Shown: positions 56,856-64,000 of the stretch, in pieces
Position numbering within the stretch: the first letter of the stretch is position 1
Layout of the letters: each line of letters begins with the position of its first letter
From: Myxococcota bacterium
Lineage (GTDB): Bacteria; Myxococcota_A; UBA9160; SZUA-336
NCBI GenBank assembly: GCA_965247115.1
Contig: CBDFGR010000003.1
Coordinates: 1,824,001-1,888,000 of the forward strand
Length of the DNA stretch: 64,000 nt
Direction of reading: 5' to 3'
The notes under the pieces: generated by a model
What the model was told of the DNA's origin: nothing
The model's database searches: none
What the model saw: the letters and a program-made list of their open reading frames with translations, nothing else
Program-made: the position numbers and the translations under genes

Positions 56856-57830
56856 TCAGTTGCGATGAAGATACTGGATACTGAAGAGCGAGCGATCGTC
56901 CAGCCAGACCCGTTCGACGGAGAAATCTGCCGCCGCGGCGAAACGACCGAAGCTCTCCAGTGTGTACTTCTGTGCGCATTCCATCAGGATCCGTTCCGAC
57001 TTTGCAAAGGCGATCTCTCCTCCAGCGACCCGTACGTGCTGGTTCTCGAGGCTCTCCAGATACATCTCGATGCGCTGCAGCTCCGTGTGGTACCAGGAGC
57101 GGTACGCGAAGCGCTCCGTCTCGAAGTTCGCGCCGAACTCGCGATTGATGTGGTTGAGCGCGTTGAGCTCGAACTCCGCCGTGATCCCATCGGCGTCGTT
57201 GTAGGCTCGCTCGAGCGTGTCGACGTCCTTGTGCAGGTCGACGCCCACGAGCAGCCTGCCTCCTTTTTTAACGTCGCTCGCGATGTGGCGCATGAAGCTC
57301 TCCGCGTCCTCCAGCTCGAAGTTGCCGATGGTCGAGCCTGGAAAGAACGCGACGCGTCTGGCCGGCTCGCTAGGTGGTTGCGGCAGCTCGTAGTGCGACG
57401 TGTAGTCGGCCACCACGGGCAGCACGTGCAGCCCCGGGTAGCGGACGTGGAGCGCCTCCGTGGACTTCTGCAGAGCTTCGCGCGAGATCTCGATGGGGAC
57501 GTAGGCAACGGGCGTCTGCAGGTGATCGAGCAGCACACGGGTCTTCAGTCCCGAGCCGCTGCCGTACTCGATGAGCAGACTGCGCGGCCCGATCAGTTCG
57601 GTCATCTCGCGAACGTTCTCACGCAGGATCCCGAGCTCGGTCCGCGTCAGGTAGTACTCCTCGGTCTCGCAGATCGCTTCGAAGAGCTCGACTCCTCTGG
57701 CGTCGTAGAGCAATCTGCTCGGGATCGACTTCTCGGGCGCCTGGAGCGAAGCCAGCAGTTCCGCGGCCGCACGGGCGGGTTTCGGCGCGAAGTCGCGAAG
57801 TGTCGCACGACGCTGGACGACTTCGGGCAT
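56856..57830 (-). CDS. egtD: EgtD-like L-histidine N-alpha-methyltransferase (Methyltransf_33)
   Basis: LYD..G.ELFEAIC..EYYLTRTE, IEYGSGS..KT, GSTIGN, GVDL.K, AYND..G.T, RIEM. Confidence 0.85.
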   Translation of the reverse strand: MPEVVQRRATLRDFAPKPARAAAELLASLQAPEKSIPSRLLYDARGVELFEAICETEEYYLTRTELGILRENVREMTELIGPRSLLIEYGSGSGLKTRVLLDHLQTPVAYVPIEISREALQKSTEALHVRYPGLHVLPVVADYTSHYELPQPPSEPARRVAFFPGSTIGNFELEDAESFMRHIASDVKKGGRLLVGVDLHKDVDTLERAYNDADGITAEFELNALNHINREFGANFETERFAYRSWYHTELQRIEMYLESLENQHVRVAGGEIAFAKSERILMECAQKYTLESFGRFAAAADFSVERVWLDDRSLFSIQYLHRN

Positions 57831-57896
57831 CTCCTCCCCACCTGAAACACGCGCATCCTGCCCGACGCAGAGAGGGGGTGTCAAACCAGCTTCGAT

Positions 57897-58760
57897 TCAG
57901 CCCGCGCCGTTCGACTCCGCGTCGAGCTCGATGGTCGCGATGACCGGCAGATGATCGGAGCCCCGTCGTGCCAGACGACTCTTGTGGGTTCGGACCTGCT
58001 TGACTTGCGCGCCCCGAGCGTACACGCGATCGAGTGCCAGGACCGGCCGCGTCGAAGGGAAGGTGGGCGGCCAGCTCTTGTTGTGGTGTCGCTCCGTGAA
58101 CTCGCGGTCGAGCCGTCGAGTGGCCGCACAGCGTCGCCAGGCGTTCATGTCTCCCAACAATATGGTGGGACCCTGAAGCTGTGGGTGTGAGAGCAAGGAG
58201 CGCACCTGTCGCTCCCGCGTGCGGTCGACCAGCCCGAGGTGAGTCGCAACGACCGCGACCGAGCGCAGGTCCCCTCTGAACTGGGCCGCGATCGCGGAGC
58301 GTCGTTCCAGTCGACCCTGACTCAGGTCCAGGGTGAAGACTCCAGTCATTGGCCAGCGAGACAGGATCGCGTTTCCCAGCTCGCCAAGGCGATGGGCTCG
58401 CGTGGAGACGAAAGCCAGGTACAGCTGCAGCTCGTCGGCGATTCGCTCCAGAGGGTCCTCGGCCCCGATGGGGCGCAAGCACTCCTGGAGCGCGATCACG
58501 TCGCTGCCCAGCTCGACGATCACGTCGCTCGCCAGCTCTGGCATCCACCTGCGCCCGCCCGTTACTCCCGACCAGCGATGAACGTTGTAGGTCGCGACCT
58601 CGAACCAGTCGCCGAAGGCCGGTACGGGGCCGGGAACCGCAGGAGGGCGCACGCTGGCTAGATACGGCAAACGCTCGGCAAGGAGCGCCCGTCGCTCGGG
58701 AGTGCGCCTGGCAGACCTGCGCCGATCCCTCCCTGACCTGACCCGCATCCCGTCTTTCAT
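57897..58760 (-). CDS. Endonuclease/exonuclease/phosphatase family protein
   Basis: ATYNVH, DVIALQE, GNAILS, THLG, GDMN, LDR, SDHLP. Confidence 0.92.
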   Translation of the reverse strand: MKDGMRVRSGRDRRRSARRTPERRALLAERLPYLASVRPPAVPGPVPAFGDWFEVATYNVHRWSGVTGGRRWMPELASDVIVELGSDVIALQECLRPIGAEDPLERIADELQLYLAFVSTRAHRLGELGNAILSRWPMTGVFTLDLSQGRLERRSAIAAQFRGDLRSVAVVATHLGLVDRTRERQVRSLLSHPQLQGPTILLGDMNAWRRCAATRRLDREFTERHHNKSWPPTFPSTRPVLALDRVYARGAQVKQVRTHKSRLARRGSDHLPVIATIELDAESNGAG

Positions 58761-58796
58761 CGTCTACCCGCAGACAATAGTGAAGCAGAGAGAGTC

Positions 58797-59313
58797 TTGT
58801 GGGACCCGGGCCGCGGGCGGCCGCGGCCCACCCACCTACGCTCGGCTCCGCCTCGCTGCGCGCGCCGCTTTGCGGCGCTTGCGGGTGCCCTCCGCGTACT
58901 TGCGAGACCCACCGCGGTCTTGTGGGGACCCGGTTAACCTAGGGACGGTCCTTAATCTGAACTTATTCCGCGTGAGACGACCGCAGCGGTGCCTAGATGA
59001 ACGAATGTGCCAAAGAGTCCCGCCGCTGTGAGCAGAAGTTCCGACTTCGGCCAAACAAGTTCGGATTAAGGACCGTCCCCAAGTTCGGATTCCGGTGGAG
59101 ACCCGGCAACCGCCCACGGGGCTTGGCAACCTGCAAGCGCCGCGGAACGCGGCGCGCGCAGCGAAGGGCGAAGCCCTGAGCGGAGGTGGGTGGCCCGCGG
59201 CCGCTCGCGCGCCGGGTCCCACAACGGCAAGCGCCGCGATAGCGGCGCGCGCAGCGAGGCGTAGCCGAGCGAAGGTGGGTGGCGCGCGACCGCTCGCGCG
59301 CCGGGTCCCACAA
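58797..59313. repeat. Cluster of REP-like copies in both orientations
   Basis: Inverted copy 58797-58882, inverted A-module 58942-58964, full copy 59031-59223, extra B-module 59227-59313. Confidence 0.88.
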
Positions 59314-59335
59314 GAAAGGCTAGAGTACGCCGCCG

Positions 59336-60787
59336 ATGAACGTGCGGACCATCCTCTGGCTGGTCGGCGTGGTGCTGGGGGTGGTGGCACTGGCGCAGAC
59401 TGCCAGCCTGGTCACGGCCGTCGTGCTCGGGGAGCCATGGCAGCCTTTTGCCGTTGCGGTGTGCCTCGGGGCTGGACTCGGAGCCCTGTGTCTCGTACCG
59501 GCGCGTGGCGCCGAGATGTCGCTCGACCATCGCTCGGCGTTCATGGCGGTTACGCTGGCCTGGGTTTCCGCCTGTCTCCTGGGGGCGGTTCCCCTGCTGA
59601 ACAACGAGAGCCTGCAGATCTCCGCCGTGAACGCCCTGTTCGAGGCCACCTCCGGCTTCACGACGACCGGCGCCACGGTCCTGTCCGGGGTCGACGCGCT
59701 GCCCCGGTCCGTCCTGCTCTGGCGGAGTCTCTCGCAGTGGATGGGTGGGCTCGGCATGGTGCTGCTCGGCATCGCTGTGTTCCCGATTCTGGGGCTGGGT
59801 GGCATGCAGCTCTTCAAGGCGGAGGGACCGGGACCCACGAAGGACAAGCTCACCCCGCGCATCGCCGAGACCGCAAAGCTGCTCTGGGTGCTCTACCTCG
59901 GGCTCACCGTCGTGGATGGCGGCCTGCTCTACCTCGGGGGAATGGGCCCTTTCGACGCCGTTTGCCACGCGATGACGACGATCTCCACCGGGGGCTTCTC
60001 GACGCACGACGCGTCTCTCGGCTTCTACAACTCCGGCTACATCAACGTCGTGACGTCGATCTTCATGCTGCTTGGAGGCACGAGCTTCGCGATCCTGCAC
60101 GCCTCGCTCACGCGTGGGATTCCGTGGGCCGATCATCCGGAGCTGCGGCTCTACTTCGGCATCTGCCTGCTCGTCGTGCTGCTGATCACGCTCGACCTGC
60201 GCTTCGGCAGCGGAGGCGCATACCCGGACACTCCGGAGGCACTGGAGCACGCGGCCTTCCAGACGGCCTCGATCCTCTCGACGACCGGGTTCTCCACGCA
60301 GGACTTCGATGTCTGGCCACCTCTCTCGCACGCCGCGATCCTCTTCCTCTGGTTCGTCGGAGGCATGGCCGGCTCCACGGCCGGGGGGGTCAAGGTGATT
60401 CGCGTGCTCGTGCTGATGCGACTCGCCTTCTCCCAGTTCTTTCGCCTGGTACATCCCCATGGCTACGGGACGATCAAGCTGAGAGGCACCACCGTCGACG
60501 ACGAGGTGCTGCTGAGCGTGCTCGGCTTCCTCGGCATGTGGGTCGTCGTTCTCGGTCTCGGAACCGCCACGCTCTGTGTGCTGGGCTCCGACCTGTATAC
60601 GGGCTTCTCGGCAGCTGCAGTCACGCTGGGGAACATCGGGCCGGGCTTCGGCGGTGCCGGCCCGGCCACGACCTTCGACCACTTCGAGCCAGCGGCAAAG
60701 CTCGTCACGAGCGGCCTCATGATCCTGGGACGGCTCGAGATCTACACGGCGCTCGTCATCCTCACACCCGGCTTCTGGCGGCGCTGA
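59336..60787 (+). CDS. trkH: Trk system potassium uptake membrane protein
   Basis: FEATSGFTTTGAT, QWMGGLG, ISTGGFS, STTGF, GSTAGGVK, GNIGPG, GRLE. Confidence 0.96.
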   Translation: MNVRTILWLVGVVLGVVALAQTASLVTAVVLGEPWQPFAVAVCLGAGLGALCLVPARGAEMSLDHRSAFMAVTLAWVSACLLGAVPLLNNESLQISAVNALFEATSGFTTTGATVLSGVDALPRSVLLWRSLSQWMGGLGMVLLGIAVFPILGLGGMQLFKAEGPGPTKDKLTPRIAETAKLLWVLYLGLTVVDGGLLYLGGMGPFDAVCHAMTTISTGGFSTHDASLGFYNSGYINVVTSIFMLLGGTSFAILHASLTRGIPWADHPELRLYFGICLLVVLLITLDLRFGSGGAYPDTPEALEHAAFQTASILSTTGFSTQDFDVWPPLSHAAILFLWFVGGMAGSTAGGVKVIRVLVLMRLAFSQFFRLVHPHGYGTIKLRGTTVDDEVLLSVLGFLGMWVVVLGLGTATLCVLGSDLYTGFSAAAVTLGNIGPGFGGAGPATTFDHFEPAAKLVTSGLMILGRLEIYTALVILTPGFWRR

Positions 60788-60828
60788 TACCATTCGAACG
60801 TGTCCTCAAACAAGAGAAAGGCGCTTTC

Positions 60829-61881
60829 GTGACCGATATCCGTCTGACGCAGCTCGTGCCCGCAGGGGGGTGAGCCCGAAAACTGGGTGCTGAGGACCTG
60901 GTCCAGGTCCTGAACGCGATCGCACCTTTCGATCACCCGTGGGTCGACGCCGACGTGGGTCCCATGGAGGATGCGGCCCTCCTGCGCTCCGGAGACGGCC
61001 CTCCGCTCGCGTTCAGTGTCGACTTCATCACGCCCATCGTGGATGATCCCGAGACCTTCGGGGCCATCGCTGCGGCGAACTCCCTGTCCGATATCTACGC
61101 CATGGGAGGCGAGCCGCAGGTAGCGCTGGCCATCTGCGGCTTTCCGGAGGGAGACGTGCCTCGCGACGTGCTTGTGCAAATCTTCCGCGGAGGACGGGAC
61201 AAGGCGGCCGAGGCGGGCTGTGCAATCGTCGGCGGCCACACGGTAATCGACCCGGAGCTCAAGTACGGACTTTGCGTGCTGGGCTCGGTCGGCACCGCAG
61301 GCCTCTCTCAGAAGGGGACTCGCGTGGGCGATCGGCTGGTGCTCACGAAACCGATCGGAACGGGGATCGCCGCCCAGGCGATCAAGGGCCAGAGTCTGAG
61401 CGACGCAGAGCTTGCGCAGGTGGTGGCGGTCATGACCCGGCTCAACCGCGATGCGAAGGACGCGGCACTGGCGGCGCGAGCGAACGCCGCGACCGACGTG
61501 ACCGGGTTCGGTCTGCTCGGCCACCTGCACCATCTGCTCCTGGGTGGGGGCGTGGCCGCCCGCGTGTACGCGGACGCCGTCCCCGTCCTCGAGTTCGTCC
61601 GTCGGCTTGCGAGCGAGGGCATCACCCCCGGGGGGACCGTGCGGAATCTGGCCTACGTGGAGCCGCGGGCGAGCTTCGCCAGCGATCTGCCTGAGAGCGA
61701 GCGCCTGGTCCTGTGTGATGCGCAAACGTCCGGTGGGCTGCTGATCTCCGTGCCGCCCGAGCGTGAGTCCGAGCTGGTGTCGGCGCTTACGGAGCGTCAG
61801 TCGCTCGCAGCCGCCGTGATCGGAGAGGTGACCGAGGGCCCAGCGGGTTGGCTCGAGGTCGTCGCGGGGGGCATGCGATAG
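60829..61881 (+). CDS. selD: Selenide, water dikinase containing selenocysteine (in-frame UGA 60871-60873)
   Basis: GTG 60829: MTDIRLTQLVPAGG-U-ARKL; SVDFITP, AANSLSDIYAMG, GGHT, TDVTGFGL.GH, DAQTSGGLL. Confidence 0.95.
60893..60911 (+). promoter_or_regulatory. Candidate bacterial SECIS hairpin
   Basis: AGGACCTG-GTC-CAGGTCCT perfect stem; loop starts with G, 27 nt after the UGA. Confidence 0.72.
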
Positions 61882-61903
61882 AATCCCCGCGGAGGCTCCC
61901 CCC

Positions 61904-62914
61904 ATGGCCGCGAGGAAGAAGGCCACCCGGAAGAAGTCGAGGCGAAAGGCGTCTTCCGCGCGAAAGCGCCTGATCCCGGCCAAGCAGAAGCGCGGTCTGC
62001 AGGGCGCCGAGGTCCTGATGGAGGTCTCGGCGCGCGAGATCGAGCCGCTGGCACAACAGGTCTCCGCCCTTGGAGGCGCTGCGATCGGCGCGTATCGGGA
62101 GCCCCTCTCCGGCAAGCCCCTGCTGCTCGCGGTGCTGCCGCTCGATGCTATCGCGCCGACGCCGTTCCAGCGTGACCTGTCGCCCACGCACACCAAGCGT
62201 TTAGCAAAGAAGATCGAGGAGAGCGGATCGTTCCTCGACCCGCTGATCGCCGTCCGAGGCGCGGACGGCATGTTGTGGACGCCGAACGGTCGACACCGAC
62301 TTGCAGCCGCCAAGCACCTCGGTCTGCGGTCGGTGACGGCGCTCGTCTCGCCCGACGAGAATCTGGCGTTCCGGATCCTCGCCCTCAACACAGAGAAGGC
62401 GCACAACCTCAAGGACCGCAGCCTGGAGGTGATCCGGATGGCGCGTGAGCTGGCGGTGCGGCGCAAGCGCGCGAAGGAGAGCGACTTCGAGGAGGAGTTC
62501 GAAGCGCCGTCACTCCTGACTCTCGGCATCGTGTACGAGCAGAACGGACGCTTTGCCGGCGGCGCCTACAGTCCGTTCCTGCGAAAGGTGGATCGCTTTG
62601 GCTCCAAGACGCTCGCGAAGTGCTTGCAGGAGCGCGAGGGCTGGTCCGCTCGACTGCTCGGCATCGATGAGCAGGTTACCCGGATCATCGGCGAGCTGCG
62701 CGAGCGAGGTTTTCGCTCGCCCTACCTTCGCAATCTCGTGGTGGCGCGCATCAACCCGGTGCGCTGGCACCGCGCGAAGAAGGGCGAGACCAAGCCACCG
62801 ATGGCGCTCGGAGCCGCTCTCACGCGCATGTCTGCGTCGGCTAGGAAGTTCGACGCGGGCACCGTTCGGGAGAGCGACCTGGCCCTAGTGGCAGCCGTCG
62901 CGGACTCCGATTGA
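61904..62914 (+). CDS. ParB/sulfiredoxin N-terminal domain protein with basic N-terminal tail
   Basis: PTPFQRD, FLDPLIAV, TPNGRHRL.A, LNTE. Confidence 0.8.
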   Translation: MAARKKATRKKSRRKASSARKRLIPAKQKRGLQGAEVLMEVSAREIEPLAQQVSALGGAAIGAYREPLSGKPLLLAVLPLDAIAPTPFQRDLSPTHTKRLAKKIEESGSFLDPLIAVRGADGMLWTPNGRHRLAAAKHLGLRSVTALVSPDENLAFRILALNTEKAHNLKDRSLEVIRMARELAVRRKRAKESDFEEEFEAPSLLTLGIVYEQNGRFAGGAYSPFLRKVDRFGSKTLAKCLQEREGWSARLLGIDEQVTRIIGELRERGFRSPYLRNLVVARINPVRWHRAKKGETKPPMALGAALTRMSASARKFDAGTVRESDLALVAAVADSD

Positions 62915-63189
62915 CGCAAAGGCGCGTACACGTAGTCGTGTCGGGTCGGGTACAGGGAGTCTTCTACCGCGATACCCTGTGCCGCCGCGCGAACGAGCTC
63001 GGCGTGTCCGGCTGGGTGCGGAACACGGCAGACGGTCGGGTCGAGGCCGTCTTCGAGGGCGACGACGCCGCCGTAACCAATGCGATCGGTTACGCGCGCG
63101 AGGGCCCGCCCTTCGCGCGTGTCTCAGACATCGAGCTCGTGGAAGAGCCCGTGACCGGCGAGCACGGTCGCTTCGAGATTCGTCATTGA
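62911..63189 (+). CDS. acyP: Acylphosphatase
   Basis: VSGRVQGVFYR, GWVRN..DGRVE, GPPFARV. Confidence 0.95.
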   Translation: MTQRRVHVVVSGRVQGVFYRDTLCRRANELGVSGWVRNTADGRVEAVFEGDDAAVTNAIGYAREGPPFARVSDIELVEEPVTGEHGRFEIRH

Positions 63190-64000
63190 GCCGGCGTATC
63201 GCGATCACAGGGGCCTCCGGACTGATCGGGCGATGTCTCCAGACCGCGCTTGCGAAGGCCGGGGAGCAGGTCGTGTGCCTCGTACGGGGTGGCACGCAGC
63301 TCGCTCCGCATGAGCGCGTCTGGAACCCGGCCGCGGGTGAGCTCGACCCGGCGCAGCTCGACGGAATCGACGCGGTCGTCCATCTGGCGGGCGAGCCGAT
63401 CGCGCCGGGGCGCTGGACGGCGCGCAGGAAGCGCGAGATTCTCGAGAGTCGGACCGGCAGCACACGCCTGCTCAGCGAGGTCCTCGCGCGTCTGACGACG
63501 CCCCCCTCCGTTCTGATCTCCGCGTCTGCAATCGGCTACTACGGGAACCGAGGCGATGCCCGCCTCGACGAGGAGAGCGGCCCGGGCAGCGGCTTCCTGG
63601 CCGAGGTATGCCTCGCATGGGAGCAGGCGGTCGAGCCGGCTCGACGCGCGGGCATCCGCGTCGCCATTCCCCGGATCGGCGTGGTGCTCGCGCGCCACGG
63701 AGGCGCGCTGGCGCCGCTACTGCTGCCGTTCCGACTCGGGCTGGGTGGCCGCCTTGGGCACGGCCGTCAGTACATGAGCTGGATCCACATCGACGACCTC
63801 GTCGCCGCCTTCCAGCACGCGCTCGACCAACCCGATCTCGAGGGTCCCTTCAACGCCGTCGCTCCGAACCCCGTCCCCAACACCGAGTTCACCAAGACCC
63901 TCGCCCGAGTCCTCCACCGCCCCGCTTTCCTGCCCATCCCCGTCCCAATCCTCCGTCTCGCCCTGGGCGAGCTCGCAGAACCCCTCCTCCTCGACAGCAC
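63186..64000 (+). CDS. TIGR01777-family NAD-dependent epimerase/oxidoreductase, 3'-truncated
   Basis: TTG 63186: MSRRIAITGASGLIG, HLAGE, SASAIGYYG, GFLAEVC..WE, GLGG.LG.GRQ..SWIH. Confidence 0.92.
   Translation, partial: MSRRIAITGASGLIGRCLQTALAKAGEQVVCLVRGGTQLAPHERVWNPAAGELDPAQLDGIDAVVHLAGEPIAPGRWTARRKREILESRTGSTRLLSEVLARLTTPPSVLISASAIGYYGNRGDARLDEESGPGSGFLAEVCLAWEQAVEPARRAGIRVAIPRIGVVLARHGGALAPLLLPFRLGLGGRLGHGRQYMSWIHIDDLVAAFQHALDQPDLEGPFNAVAPNPVPNTEFTKTLARVLHRPAFLPIPVPILRLALGELAEPLLLDS

Noticed and set aside
60871..60873. selD as a nonsense pseudogene or starting at 60955
   Set aside because: UGA is at the Sec/Cys catalytic position with a SECIS-like hairpin, and the upstream frame matches the SelD N-terminus

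Overview
High-GC bacterial chromosome segment; gene content suggests a Myxococcota/deltaproteobacterial-type lineage (inference only). The core is a ~35 kb respiration and heme locus (4.4-38.9 kb). It contains heme A and heme O synthases, SCO, hemH-hemY and an AhbD/NirJ-like radical SAM enzyme. It also has a minus-strand operon with a non-canonical CydA-like (bd-superfamily) oxidase, three membrane c-cytochromes, a multidomain USP protein, a GNAT, an Mrp ATPase and a Zn-ribbon protein. Three proteins of this block share five copies of a PCP_red-like (DPOR-B C-terminal) module. Two complete A1-type heme-copper oxidase operons follow. Both lack the canonical K-channel lysine, and they are separated by a triple-repeat membrane protein. 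The flanks carry lipid catabolism genes (crotonases, a FadE23/24-like pair, WS/DGAT) and housekeeping genes (rpmG, rfbA, tag, cysH, argC, lhr, sppA, sucA, hisS, fabI, egtD-like, trkH, a selenocysteine-containing selD with SECIS, acyP). Intergenic DNA is dominated by a modular REP/REPIN-like repeat family, including a 76-bp tandem array, and the flanks of these repeats are strongly G-depleted. Also seen are a candidate 6S-like RNA, an unannotated 34-aa membrane peptide and an internally deleted crotonase gene. No tRNA, rRNA, CRISPR array or transposase was recognised. All family calls come from motif recognition by eye; no database searches were run.
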